A stretch of 38,256 nucleotides of DNA from Dehalococcoidia bacterium (lineage in GTDB: Bacteria > Chloroflexota > Dehalococcoidia > Lucifugimonadales > UBA3495). The translations under genes were made by a program, and so were the position numbers. Numbering within the stretch: the stretch's first letter is position 1; each line of letters starts with the position of its first letter. Below the pieces are notes generated by a model that was given only the letters and a program-made list of their open reading frames with translations, did no database searches and was not told where the DNA came from. Of this stretch, positions 9,055 through 18,456 are shown one piece after another. Where the stretch lies: positions 1 to 38,256 of the forward strand of contig JAPNTN010000099.1 in assembly GCA_027249445.1 (NCBI GenBank). The letters are read 5' to 3'.

Positions 9055-9810
9055 CTAATCGGTTTCTTCGGTGGCGAGGTCCTCATCTATTATGATGGTA
9101 TCTTCTTCGCCGGTGTCTACACGGACTTCTATTGTGTCTAATTCTTCCTCTTCAAGGGCTTCTGGGGTTGCCGGCAGTATTTCCCCTTTGTATACCCAGA
9201 CTTTTATTCCAATTCGCCCCATTGAAGTGTGCGCTTCTGCTAATGCGTAGTCTATATCGGCTCTGAGTGTATGTAGTGGGACTTGCCCCATCATTAGTTT
9301 TTCTACTCTAGCGATCTCGGCTCCGGAGATCCTGCCTTTAGTAATGACTTTTATACCTTGGGCTCCAGCTTGCATCGCTCTCTGAGCAGCTTGTCTCATT
9401 GCACGCCTATATGCGACTCTACGTTGGAGTTGATCAGCTATGTTGCGCCCTATCAAAAAGGGATCTAACTCCGGTTGCTCTATTTCTATGATATTTAGTT
9501 GTATCCTTCGTTCAGTTATTGATTCTAGTTTTCCTCTAAGCTGTTTTACTCTATCTCCATCTCTTCCAATCAGGATGCCTGGGCGAGCTGAATGGATATT
9601 AATGACACTATCTTGTGCGCCTCGATCTATTTCTACTTTGGCAATGCCTGCATCGGAGAACCCCTTATACTCATTGTATATAGTTTTTCTGAGTCGTAAA
9701 TCCTCTGTGACTAGCTTGCTATAGGAGCTTGCATTGTTAGCATACCAATGCGTTTTCCAATCTTTAATGATCCCTAGTCTAAAACCATACGGGTGCGTCT
9801 TGTGACCCAT
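9055..9810 (-). CDS. rpsC: 30S ribosomal protein S3 with acidic C-terminal tail
   Basis: 251-aa ORF starting [24 protein letters not shown], with a KH domain and [10 protein letters not shown]. Confidence 0.97.
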   Translation of the reverse strand: MGHKTHPYGFRLGIIKDWKTHWYANNASSYSKLVTEDLRLRKTIYNEYKGFSDAGIAKVEIDRGAQDSVINIHSARPGILIGRDGDRVKQLRGKLESITERRIQLNIIEIEQPELDPFLIGRNIADQLQRRVAYRRAMRQAAQRAMQAGAQGIKVITKGRISGAEIARVEKLMMGQVPLHTLRADIDYALAEAHTSMGRIGIKVWVYKGEILPATPEALEEEELDTIEVRVDTGEEDTIIIDEDLATEETD

Positions 9811-9814
9811 AAAA

Positions 9815-10162
9815 TTAGTTCTCCTCTTCTTGAGTGTCTACGACCACAGTTATATGACTTGAGCGCTTGGTTATCCGACCGATTCTGCCACGTGCACGGG
9901 GCCTGAATCTCTTTAAGGGCTTCGCTTGATCTGCGCTGATTCTGACTATTCTTAGCGAATCTCTGTTTAACATGAGGTTGTTTTCCGCATTAGCTGCAGC
10001 TGACTGTACCACCTTGGATACAACTTTTGCCCAAGGAGAACTTAAGAGGCTTAAAGTGTCGACAGCTTGGTCTACGTTTTGGCCTCTAACCGAGTCTAGG
10101 ATAGGCTTCAACCTTTTTGGAGAAGCTCCAATTTGTTTTGCTACTGCTTGCACTGCTGGCAT
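9815..10162 (-). CDS. rplV: 50S ribosomal protein L22
   Basis: 115-aa ORF with SPKRLKPILDSVRG..V..A...L and RPRARGRIGRITKRSSHITVVV. Confidence 0.96.
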   Translation of the reverse strand: MPAVQAVAKQIGASPKRLKPILDSVRGQNVDQAVDTLSLLSSPWAKVVSKVVQSAAANAENNLMLNRDSLRIVRISADQAKPLKRFRPRARGRIGRITKRSSHITVVVDTQEEEN

Positions 10163-10171
10163 GTCGTTAAA

Positions 10172-10459
10172 CTACCTCATTACCCTAGTGGTTCGTTCTG
10201 ATCTTGCTACATGTCCCCTGTAAGTTCTTGTAGGAGCAAATTCTCCCAATCTATGACCAACCATGTTTTCGGTTATGAATATGGGGATATGCCTCCTGCC
10301 GTCATGAACGCCGATTGTTAGCCCAAGCATTTCAGGCATGATCATGGACGCACGAGACCAAGTTCTTATAACCGTCTGCTCTCCGGATTCTTGGACAGCA
10401 GCTACTTTCTTCATTAGTTTTGCTTCTACAAATGGACCCTTTTTGATGGACCTTGACAT
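10172..10459 (-). CDS. rpsS: 30S ribosomal protein S19
   Basis: 95-aa ORF starting [11 protein letters not shown], with [38 protein letters not shown]. Confidence 0.98.
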   Translation of the reverse strand: MSRSIKKGPFVEAKLMKKVAAVQESGEQTVIRTWSRASMIMPEMLGLTIGVHDGRRHIPIFITENMVGHRLGEFAPTRTYRGHVARSERTTRVMR

Positions 10460-10465
10460 GTTTGA

Positions 10466-11299
10466 CTACCGCCTTCTTCTCGCTCTTGTAATGAACTTAC
10501 TGGAGCCTTTCTTCTTATTACGTGTCTTGTAACCAAGGGTTGGCTTTCCTGTAGGCGATTTTGGTCCAGGCATGCCAATGGGAGACCTTCCTTCACCGCC
10601 ACCGTGAGGATGATCAACTGGGTTTTTGGCTACTCCGCGCACTTTTGGCCTACGTCCTAGGTGACGACTCCGTCCGGCTTTTCCAAGACTTTCATTTTTG
10701 TGGTCTGGGTTAGACAGTTGACCGATTGTCGCCCTACAGTTCAATAGGACTCGTCGCATCTCGCCAGAGGGAAGGCGTATAAGGACGTATTCTCCCTCCC
10801 TTGATAATACTTGTGCAGACGATCCCGCACTCCTAGCCATCTGACCGCCTCTTTCTGGAGTTAATTCTATATTGTGTACTACTGTACCTGTTGGTATGTT
10901 TCTGAGTTTGAGTGCGTTCCCGGGTTTTATCTCGGATTCTGGGCCAGATGTTATAAATGACCCTACTTCCAGTCCTATCGGCGCTAGTATGTAACTTTTC
11001 TCTCCATCCACATAGTATATTAGAGCTATTCGTGTGCTCCGATTAGGATCATATTCTATTGCCACGACCCTTCCTGGAACGCCCTCTTTGCGTCGTTTAA
11101 AGTCGATGACCCTGTACATTCTCCGTGCACCGCCACCCCTGCTACGGGTGGTGATTTTTCCACGGTTGTTACGTCCTCCGGTTTTTGATAGAGGTGTCAG
11201 CAGCGATTTTTCAGGGCGCTTTTTTGTTATCTCTTCAAATGAAGGACGAACCGCGTTTCTTGTACCTGGTGTTATTGGGCGTAAATTCTTCAATGGCAT
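10466..11299 (-). CDS. rplB: 50S ribosomal protein L2
   Basis: 277-aa ORF with [18 protein letters not shown] and the [20 protein letters not shown] blocks. Confidence 0.98.
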   Translation of the reverse strand: MPLKNLRPITPGTRNAVRPSFEEITKKRPEKSLLTPLSKTGGRNNRGKITTRSRGGGARRMYRVIDFKRRKEGVPGRVVAIEYDPNRSTRIALIYYVDGEKSYILAPIGLEVGSFITSGPESEIKPGNALKLRNIPTGTVVHNIELTPERGGQMARSAGSSAQVLSREGEYVLIRLPSGEMRRVLLNCRATIGQLSNPDHKNESLGKAGRSRHLGRRPKVRGVAKNPVDHPHGGGEGRSPIGMPGPKSPTGKPTLGYKTRNKKKGSSKFITRARRRR

Positions 11300-11312
11300 A
11301 TTTCTTATCTCT

Positions 11313-11597
11313 TTATAGCCCGTCTACTATGGTGATGCGATCTCCTGCTTTGAGTGTCACCACGGCCTTTTTCTTATCGGGCATTTTCTTTATTCTACTG
11401 CCGTAACGTTTCCGCTTGCCATGAAGTTTGGTTATATTTACATCAGTGACTGTAACGTTGAAATTCTTTTCAACTGCCTCTTTAACCTGAACTTTGTTGG
11501 CAGACATCGCTATCTGAAATGTATATTGCCCTGACTCTTGCAGCAGGGTGCTTTTTTCTGTGATGGTTGGTTTCAATAATACTTGGTGAATGTTCAT
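11313..11597 (-). CDS. rplW: 50S ribosomal protein L23
   Basis: 94-aa ORF with [10 protein letters not shown] and [13 protein letters not shown]. Its ATG overlaps the rplD stop (TAATG). Confidence 0.96.
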   Translation of the reverse strand: MNIHQVLLKPTITEKSTLLQESGQYTFQIAMSANKVQVKEAVEKNFNVTVTDVNITKLHGKRKRYGSRIKKMPDKKKAVVTLKAGDRITIVDGL

Positions 11598-12361
11598 TAT
11601 TCTGCCTCAGTCGGCTTTGTGGTGGTTCTACGCCGTCTTGGGCGAGGCGTCTCTTCTTCTCCAGTTTGTTCTACGGTTTCACTGGCTAAGTCCACCGGAT
11701 TCTGACCGTTCTCTAGTCTTCTCCCTCCGCGAGTTGGAACAGCGTCCCATATTATGGCTGCTTGCTCTGCCGCACTTTGGGTTATGAGTACGGTTTGCCT
11801 ACGCAATAAATCGTTTGCGTTCAGTTGATTTATTGGGAGTGTCCATATTTTATCAATGTTGTGCGCTGCTTGGATTAGATCTTTGTTTGGCTCGGGCGTT
11901 ATCACTAAAGCAGACCCAGTGATTCCGAGGTTTTTCAATATCTGCACCATGGATTTTGTTTTACCGTCTACGATGTCAAAATTATCTATGCATATTAGAG
12001 ACCCTGATCGAACTTTCTCTGACAATACGCATCGCACGGCCTGCCTGCGCATTCTTGTAGGAATACTCTTACGATAGCTACGAGGGTGTGGCCCGAAAGC
12101 TATCCCTCCGTGCCTCCATTGAGGGGATCTGATACTTCCTTGACGTGCTCTACCAGTGTGTTTTTGTATCCATGGTTTTCTGCCACCACCGGATACTTGC
12201 GCACGGGTCTTAGTGCTATGAGTGCCTTGCCGTTTGTTACCTTGATAGATAACCATAGCCTGGTGAACTAATGAGCGATTCATAGCTGCATCAAAGACTG
12301 TATCTGAGACGGTGACTTCTCCGACGTTGTCACCATTAGAATTTACAACTGTTAACTTCAT
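11597..12361 (-). CDS. rplD: 50S ribosomal protein L4 with about 45-aa mixed-charge C-terminal tail
   Basis: 254-aa ORF with KTRAQVSGGGRKPWIQKHTGRARQGSIRSPQWRHGG, a canonical uL4 loop. Confidence 0.97.
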   Translation of the reverse strand: MKLTVVNSNGDNVGEVTVSDTVFDAAMNRSLVHQAMVIYQGNKRQGTHSTKTRAQVSGGGRKPWIQKHTGRARQGSIRSPQWRHGGIAFGPHPRSYRKSIPTRMRRQAVRCVLSEKVRSGSLICIDNFDIVDGKTKSMVQILKNLGITGSALVITPEPNKDLIQAAHNIDKIWTLPINQLNANDLLRRQTVLITQSAAEQAAIIWDAVPTRGGRRLENGQNPVDLASETVEQTGEEETPRPRRRRTTTKPTEAE

Positions 12362-12375
12362 CTAATTTAGGTCTC

Positions 12376-13008
12376 CTAGTTACTACTCTTAGCAGTTTTT
12401 CCGGTTTTACGAATTGTAACTAGACCGTTAGGGGAACCGGGTACTGCTCCCTTTAGCCATAGCAAATTGCGTTCTGTGTCTATTTTCACTACACGGAGAC
12501 TTTTCACAGTAGTGCGCTCTGCGCCCATGTGGCCTGACATTTTTTGGCCCTTGTACACTCTTCCTGGAGTTGTACCGCCTCCAATAGAACCGGGAGCTCT
12601 AGCTCGATCTGACTGTCCGTGTGTTCTTGGTCCACCACCGAAGCCATGACGCTTCATGGTTCCTGCAAATCCTTTACCTTTCGAGGTTCCAATTACATCT
12701 ACAAGTTCGTCGACAGCAAATATGTCGACTGTTATCTCGTCGCCAACTGAGTGTTCTTCACTATCATCAGCACGAACTTCCTTTATATGTTTGACTGATA
12801 GGCCTTTTAAATGGCCAGTTATGGCTTTGTTCAGATGTTTTGCCTTGCCAAATCCAATCTGAACTGCATTATATCCATCGGTCTCTGTTGTCTTAATTTG
12901 AGTGACAGTGCATGGCCCTGCTTCGATGACAGTGACCGGCATTACGTTACCGCTCTCATCGAATATATGTGTCATGCCTATCTTCTTGCCTAAGAAAGCT
13001 CGAAGCAT
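12376..13008 (-). CDS. rplC: 50S ribosomal protein L3
   Basis: 210-aa ORF with [14 protein letters not shown] and [27 protein letters not shown]. Confidence 0.98.
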   Translation of the reverse strand: MLRAFLGKKIGMTHIFDESGNVMPVTVIEAGPCTVTQIKTTETDGYNAVQIGFGKAKHLNKAITGHLKGLSVKHIKEVRADDSEEHSVGDEITVDIFAVDELVDVIGTSKGKGFAGTMKRHGFGGGPRTHGQSDRARAPGSIGGGTTPGRVYKGQKMSGHMGAERTTVKSLRVVKIDTERNLLWLKGAVPGSPNGLVTIRKTGKTAKSSN

Positions 13009-13026
13009 CGCCTTATCCTAATTAGA

Positions 13027-13338
13027 TTAAAGTTTGATGGAGATATCGACCCCTGCAGGGAGGTTTAATCTCGTTAGTGAATCTATTGTTTTTGAAGTCG
13101 GTTCAAGGATGTCAATCAACCTCTTATGAGTCCTGATCTCAAAATGTTCGCGGGAATCTTTGTCGACATGGGGTCCGCGAATGACACAGAACCTACGAAT
13201 GTGAGTTGGTAATGGCACAGGACCTGCTATTCTCGCCCCAGTTCTTTCAGCAGTCTCGACTATCTGCTCGCTGGAAGTGTCTAGCATCTTGTGATCAAAT
13301 GCTTTTAGTATTATTCGTACTTTTTGACGTGTAACCAT
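13027..13338 (-). CDS. rpsJ: 30S ribosomal protein S10
   Basis: 103-aa ORF with [15 protein letters not shown] and [23 protein letters not shown]. Confidence 0.98.
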   Translation of the reverse strand: MVTRQKVRIILKAFDHKMLDTSSEQIVETAERTGARIAGPVPLPTHIRRFCVIRGPHVDKDSREHFEIRTHKRLIDILEPTSKTIDSLTRLNLPAGVDISIKL

Positions 13339-13372
13339 TTATTATGAATCCCGATTATATCTAATATATATG

Positions 13373-15475
13373 TTATCGCCCTACTACATCCTTGAGGGCG
13401 CCTGCCGGAACAGGTTGGTAGTCTTTGAACTGCATAGTGTAGTTTGCTCGGCCACTCGAAAGTGATCTTAGACTCGTGGTGTAGGAGAACGTCTCTCCTA
13501 GTGGTATTGTTACCTTTACAGTTTGCAGGTCATCCTGAGCTTCGATACTACGTATCTGTGCTCTTCTTGTGCCAAAGTCCCCCAGTATATCGCTGAGGAA
13601 TTCTCCTGGAGTTACTACTTCCATTTCGGCTATAGGCTCCATGAGCACTGGTTTTCCTTTTGGGGCTCCCTCGCGTATTGCTAGCATGCCGGCATTTCGG
13701 AACGCCATCTCCGAGGAATCCACAGGGTGGAAACTCCCGTCAACCAAGGTTATTTTTAAATCTACAAGAGGATACCCTGATAACGGACCATTGTCTAGTG
13801 CTTGACGTACGCCCGATTCAACGGGGTTTATATACTCTCGCGGGATAGCGCCGCCTGTTATCTTATTCTCAAAAGTGATTCCTGCGCCCTGTTCTTGAGG
13901 TTCTATCTCCAGCCATACATGTCCGAATTGGCCGTGTCCGCCACTCTGCCGCACGAACCTGCCTTCTACACGTATAGGCTGAGTCAGAGTTTCTCTGTAG
14001 GATACTTTGGGATTGCCAACCTGGGCATCTACGTTAAATTCTCGTCTCATCCTATCTACTAGTATTTCTAGATGTAGCTCTCCCATGCCAGACATAACAG
14101 TTTGACCAGTTTCTTCGTTAAAGTTAACTAGGAAAGTAGGATCTTCGTCTGATAATTTTCTCAGGGCGTCGGAGAGTTTGTCTTGGTCTGCTCGAGTGGC
14201 TGGTTCTATCGCGACCGATATAACCGGCTGAGGAAATTGCGGGGGCTCCAATATTAGAGGCTGTTCTTCAGTACAGATGGAATCACCTGTGAAAGTGTCT
14301 TTTAGACCTACAGCTGCGCATATATTGCCGGCTGATACGTCCTCTAGTTCTTCCCTGTGATTAGCGTGCATGTGAAGCAGTCTCCCCATGCGTTCTCGTT
14401 TACCCTTGCTGACATTCGTAACAGATTGTCCGGCTTTGACTTTTCCAGAATACACTCTAATGAAAACTACTCTTCCAACGAATGGATCTGTCATTACCTT
14501 AAATGCTAGAGCCGATAGAGGTTGTTCTTCATCAGGGTATCTTAATTCGATTTCTTCTGTTTTTGGGTCTGTCCCTTCAACGGGTGGGACATCTAATGGC
14601 GATGGTAGGTATTCTAATATCGCGTCCAGTAATGGCTGTATGCCTTTGCCTCGAAGGGCAGTCCCACACAGTACAGGGACGACTTGCTGTTGTATGGTAG
14701 CCTCGCGGAGGGCACTTTTCAGGTCGCTTGCTTCGATTTCTTCGCCTTCCAGATAGCGAATCATAAGATTTTCATCAGTTTCCACGATTTTCTCTATCAT
14801 GGTCTGTCGATATTGTTCATATTCGTCGGCGTAGTTGTCAGGAACGGGCCCAATCTCTGGGTGGTCAAAACCTGAATCATTACCAATGGTTGTAGGGGTA
14901 GTGTATGTGTAAGCTTGTCCTTCTATCAGGTCAATAATGCCCTGGAATTTGTCTTCTGAGCCCATTGGTAGCTGTATAGGCACTGGATTAGCCTTTAGCC
15001 GGCTTTTCATGGTGTCCATTGCTCTGTCGTAACTTGCCCCAACTCTGTCCATTTTATTGACAAAGGCAAGCCGCGGAACATGGTATGTATCTGCTTGGCG
15101 CCATACTGTTTCAGATTGAGGTTGTACTCCAGCTACGGCGTCTAATACTATGATCCCACCGTCTAGTACCCTCAGGCTGCGTTCTACTTCTGCGGTGAAG
15201 TCCACGTGGCCAGGGGTGTCTATGATATTGATCCTATTATCATTCCAATAAGTGGTAGTGGCTGCGGAAGTGATAGTTATGCCACGCTCTTTCTCTTGTG
15301 GCATCCAGTCCATAGCAGTGGTACCTTCATCAACTCCGCCGACTTTGCGAATTCTGCCTGTGAGATAAAGAGTTCTCTCGGTTACTGTGGTTTTGCCTGC
15401 GTCAATGTGCGCGATAAATCCAATATTTCTGATTTTGTCTATGGGAAAATTATTATCCACGGTCTGTATTTGCAA
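13373..15475 (-). CDS. fusA: Elongation factor G
   Basis: 700-aa ORF with G1 AHIDAGKTT, G3 DTPGHVDF and G4 NKMD. Between rpsG and rpsJ. The start could be TTG at 15475 or GTG at 15460. Confidence 0.97.
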   Translation of the reverse strand: MQIQTVDNNFPIDKIRNIGFIAHIDAGKTTVTERTLYLTGRIRKVGGVDEGTTAMDWMPQEKERGITITSAATTTYWNDNRINIIDTPGHVDFTAEVERSLRVLDGGIIVLDAVAGVQPQSETVWRQADTYHVPRLAFVNKMDRVGASYDRAMDTMKSRLKANPVPIQLPMGSEDKFQGIIDLIEGQAYTYTTPTTIGNDSGFDHPEIGPVPDNYADEYEQYRQTMIEKIVETDENLMIRYLEGEEIEASDLKSALREATIQQQVVPVLCGTALRGKGIQPLLDAILEYLPSPLDVPPVEGTDPKTEEIELRYPDEEQPLSALAFKVMTDPFVGRVVFIRVYSGKVKAGQSVTNVSKGKRERMGRLLHMHANHREELEDVSAGNICAAVGLKDTFTGDSICTEEQPLILEPPQFPQPVISVAIEPATRADQDKLSDALRKLSDEDPTFLVNFNEETGQTVMSGMGELHLEILVDRMRREFNVDAQVGNPKVSYRETLTQPIRVEGRFVRQSGGHGQFGHVWLEIEPQEQGAGITFENKITGGAIPREYINPVESGVRQALDNGPLSGYPLVDLKITLVDGSFHPVDSSEMAFRNAGMLAIREGAPKGKPVLMEPIAEMEVVTPGEFLSDILGDFGTRRAQIRSIEAQDDLQTVKVTIPLGETFSYTTSLRSLSSGRANYTMQFKDYQPVPAGALKDVVGR

Positions 15476-15506
15476 CCTCTTGGTCTATAATTTGGTATCC
15501 AGTGAT

Positions 15507-15977
15507 CTATCGACGGTAGTTAACGAATGCCCGGTTAGCCTCCGCCATTCTATGAAGTTCTTCTTTTCTCCGTACGGCAGATCCTTCTCCACGTGAGGCT
15601 GCGAGCAATTCGTTTGCCAGCCTTCTCCCCATTGAACTGCCTTTGGTGCCCCTAGCGCCTCTTATGATTGCCCTCATAGCGAGAGCTTCGCTACGCTTCG
15701 GTTCTAATTCAGTGGGGACTTGATACGTAGCCCCTCCGATTCTTCTTGGCTTAACTTCCACGACAGGCGTGGCGTTACGCATCGCCTGGTCAAATATTTC
15801 TATAGGATCTCTGTGTGATTCATCCTGTACTAGGGTCAGTGCGCCGTAAACGACCCGTTGTGCTGTAGATTTTTTTCCATTTAGCATTACTCGGTTGATG
15901 AATCTAGCTAGCACCTGATTGTTATACATTGGGTCAGGAGATATTATTCTTGGTTCTGCGCGTCTTCTTCGTGACAT
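15507..15977 (-). CDS. rpsG: 30S ribosomal protein S7
   Basis: 156-aa ORF starting MSRRRRAEPR, with GKKSTAQRVVYGAL and RRIGGATYQVP. Confidence 0.98.
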   Translation of the reverse strand: MSRRRRAEPRIISPDPMYNNQVLARFINRVMLNGKKSTAQRVVYGALTLVQDESHRDPIEIFDQAMRNATPVVEVKPRRIGGATYQVPTELEPKRSEALAMRAIIRGARGTKGSSMGRRLANELLAASRGEGSAVRRKEELHRMAEANRAFVNYRR

Positions 15978-16066
15978 ACGTCAAGCACACCTTTTACTTT
16001 CTAGCCCTGAGTAGGGCCGTGAGTTTACAAAATAATTTATTGAAGAGTCTGTTAACCAGGATACAG

Positions 16067-16474
16067 TTACTTTGTAGTCCCGTACTTGCTTCGTCCTCTT
16101 CGACGGCCTTCAACGCCTTCTGTATCAAGGGCGGCGCGTACCACGTGATACCGCACGCCGGGTAAATCCTTTACTCTGCCACCCCTTATTAATACAACGG
16201 AGTGTTCTTGCAGATTATGTCCTTCACCGCCAATGTATGCTGTCACTTCTACTCCGTTTGTTAGCCTGACTCGACAGATTTTACGTAAAGCAGAGTTGGG
16301 CTTTTTAGGAGTCATTGTCCGTACTTGGACACAAACCCCGCGTCGTTGAGGGCAGCCATCACCCCACTTAACCCTGTTCTTGAGAGAGTTTTGGACCCAG
16401 TGAAGGGCGGGTGCCTTGGTGGCCTTCTTTTGGGGCTTACGACCTTTCCGTACTAGTTGATTTACTGTAGGCAT
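16067..16474 (-). CDS. rpsL: 30S ribosomal protein S12 (with about 14-aa internal insertion)
   Basis: 135-aa ORF starting [13 protein letters not shown], with [11 protein letters not shown] and [13 protein letters not shown]. There is extra [14 protein letters not shown] between PAL and CPQRRG. Confidence 0.97.
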   Translation of the reverse strand: MPTVNQLVRKGRKPQKKATKAPALHWVQNSLKNRVKWGDGCPQRRGVCVQVRTMTPKKPNSALRKICRVRLTNGVEVTAYIGGEGHNLQEHSVVLIRGGRVKDLPGVRYHVVRAALDTEGVEGRRRGRSKYGTTK

Positions 16475-16518
16475 TTCTTACCTTTAATTAAACAATTTAT
16501 CGTTGGACACAAAGTAGA

Positions 16519-16547
16519 ACTGTACCAATTCTACGCTTAGATGTCAA
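16519..16547 (-). promoter_or_regulatory. Candidate sigma70-type promoter for the rpsL superoperon
   Basis: On the minus strand, TTGACA (16542-16547), a 17-nt spacer, then TACAGT (16519-16524), about 40 nt upstream of the rpsL ATG. Motif match only. Confidence 0.35.
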
Positions 16548-16551
16548 CGAT

Positions 16552-16580
16552 TTGACAGTCAAATTTTCTCAGTCTAGAAT
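16552..16580 (+). promoter_or_regulatory. Candidate sigma70-type promoter for the thi salvage operon
   Basis: TTGACA (16552-16557), exactly 17 nt, then TAGAAT (16575-16580). The predicted TSS lies about 20 nt before the TPP aptamer. Confidence 0.55.
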
Positions 16581-16605
16581 TCGGTTCACTGAACATAATT
16601 ATATG

Positions 16606-16704
16606 GCAAGTAGGGGAGCTTGATTAAGTCAGGCTGAGAGGGCGAACGTAATATCGCCGACCCTTGCGAACCTGATCTGGATAATGCCAGCGAAGGGAAA
16701 AGGC
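16606..16704 (+). promoter_or_regulatory. TPP (THI-box) riboswitch aptamer
   Basis: GGGGAGC..(stem)..GGCTGAGAG..(stem)..ACCCTTGCGAACCTGATCTGGATAATGCCAGCGAAGGGAA reproduces the conserved CUGAGA, ACCC and GAACCUGAUCUGGAUAAUGCCAGCG.AGGGA blocks of the TPP riboswitch. It lies upstream of thiamin salvage genes. Confidence 0.92.
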
Positions 16705-16720
16705 TTTTAGGTGCTTATAA

Positions 16721-16758
16721 AGAGGCCTCCAGCGTCCTTTCGCTGGAGGCCTCTTTTT
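16721..16758 (+). terminator. Intrinsic terminator, the riboswitch expression platform
   Basis: Perfect 14-bp GC-rich stem AGAGGCCTCCAGCG (16721-16734) / CGCTGGAGGCCTCT (16741-16754), 6-nt loop, then a TTTT(T) run. Located 17 nt after the aptamer and 43 nt before the thiZ ATG. Confidence 0.85.
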
Positions 16759-16800
16759 CGGATGCGCTGAACCAATAAATGGATAGTACGGCTGTTTAAA

Positions 16801-17580
16801 ATGATATCAGAGCAACATACGTCTGAGTGCATAAATATAAGTGCTTTGACCAAGACTTATGTAGTAAACGGGACTACAGAGTTGATCTTATCCGATATTG
16901 ATTTATCCGTAGAAGAACGGGGGTTTGTAAGCGTGGTGGGTCCCAGTGGTTGTGGAAAAAGTACGCTTTTGAACATCATCGCGGGTTTAGATGAGCCCGA
17001 CTCAGGATCCATATACATTAAGGGAATTAATGGGCCCCGATTGGGTAAAATTGGATATATGCAGCAAAAGGATCTGCTGTTGCCTTGGAGAACTGTCTTA
17101 GAGAATGCTGCACTCGGATTAGAGACGCAAGGGATGTCTAAGAAGGATGCCAGAGAGAGGGTCCTGTCTGAGATAGAAACGTTCGGGTTGTCCGGCTATG
17201 AGAACATGTACCCCTATTCGTTGTCAGGGGGTATGCGCCAGAGGGTAGCTTTTCTGAGAACCATGGTAATGGATCAATCTATAGTGCTACTTGATGAGCC
17301 TTTCGGTGCCTTGGACTCTCTCACTAGAGTACAGATGCAGAGATGGTTGCTCGATATATGGGAAGTGATGAATAAGACAATACTGTTGGTGACACATGAT
17401 GTTGATGAGGCTTTGTTTTTGTCGGATACCATATGTCTTTTATCGGCTAGGCCTGGTGCTAACGCTTCCACGATGAATGTTGACTTACCGAGGCCTAGAG
17501 AGAGCCATATGTTGAGTAAACCTGAGTTCTTCACAATGAGGCAAGATGTATTGTCTGGCTTGTGGTCATATATCGATTAA
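16801..17580 (+). CDS. thiZ: ABC transporter ATP-binding protein (NitT/TauT family), predicted thiamin-pyrimidine (HMP/FAMP) importer ATPase
   Basis: Walker A GPSGCGKST, signature LSGGMRQRV, Walker B LLDEPFGALD. First gene after the TPP riboswitch. The substrate is inferred from context. Confidence 0.8.
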   Translation: MISEQHTSECINISALTKTYVVNGTTELILSDIDLSVEERGFVSVVGPSGCGKSTLLNIIAGLDEPDSGSIYIKGINGPRLGKIGYMQQKDLLLPWRTVLENAALGLETQGMSKKDARERVLSEIETFGLSGYENMYPYSLSGGMRQRVAFLRTMVMDQSIVLLDEPFGALDSLTRVQMQRWLLDIWEVMNKTILLVTHDVDEALFLSDTICLLSARPGANASTMNVDLPRPRESHMLSKPEFFTMRQDVLSGLWSYID

Positions 17581-18398
17581 AAGTTGGTGTGATAATAGGG
17601 TTATTCAATAAATATAAGATAGCCACCTTGGCAGAGTGGGTGATTCCTGGCTTGATCATTTTGGGATTAGTAGTCTTATGGGAAGTGTGTGTGAGGACGA
17701 TGTCTATTCCCGCTTGGCAGTTGCCACCGCCGTCGTCGATCCTAGTTGAATTAGTAGCAAGCATTGATTTACTTTGGCAACACACTGTAGTAACGGTGCT
17801 GGAGATAGTTATAGGATTTGCTATCTCTCTAGTAGTAGGGTTGGTTCTATCGGCTGGGATAGCGTATTCATCACTTCTGCAACGGTCCATTTATCCGATT
17901 GTGATTAGTTCTCAGACAGTACCAATAATTGCGATTGCGCCACTGTTGTTGATCTGGGTTGGATACGGATTGGCTCCGAAGGTGATAATTGTTGCAATAA
18001 TTTGTTTCTATCCGATCGTGGTAAATACTGTTGACGGTTTAAAGGCGATTGATCCTGACATGGTTAATATGATGAGAGCTTTAGGAGCCACAAAGTTTGA
18101 AGTCTTTCGCAAGTTGCAAATCCCCACAGCCCTACCGTTTATATTCTCTGGTATTAAAATTAGCATATCAGTAAGTGTCATAGCAGCTGTTATAGGTGAA
18201 TGGGTTGGGGCTAGTGAGGGATTGGGATATTTAATTATATATTCGCAACCACTGTTTCTAACGTCGAGAGTGTTCGCAGCTATACTAATTTTAGCTGTTC
18301 TGGGAGTGAGTTTGTTCGTAATTGCTGTTCTGTTGGAACGCCTCTCGATGCCTTGGTATTTCAATGAAAAGCGGGCGTCTACTATAAGGAAATTGTAG
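17562..18398 (+). CDS. thiX: ABC transporter permease, predicted thiamin-pyrimidine importer
   Basis: 278-aa multi-TM ORF with an EAA-like loop (MMRALGATKFEVFRKLQIPTALP). GTG start overlapping thiZ by 19 nt. An alternative in-frame GTG at 17589 is possible. Confidence 0.8.
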   Translation: MVIYRLKVGVIIGLFNKYKIATLAEWVIPGLIILGLVVLWEVCVRTMSIPAWQLPPPSSILVELVASIDLLWQHTVVTVLEIVIGFAISLVVGLVLSAGIAYSSLLQRSIYPIVISSQTVPIIAIAPLLLIWVGYGLAPKVIIVAIICFYPIVVNTVDGLKAIDPDMVNMMRALGATKFEVFRKLQIPTALPFIFSGIKISISVSVIAAVIGEWVGASEGLGYLIIYSQPLFLTSRVFAAILILAVLGVSLFVIAVLLERLSMPWYFNEKRASTIRKL

Positions 18399-18456
18399 AG
18401 TCTGAAGGCAGTGAATATCTGAGTCTAATTTATATTCAAAAAGAAGGAAGAGAATT

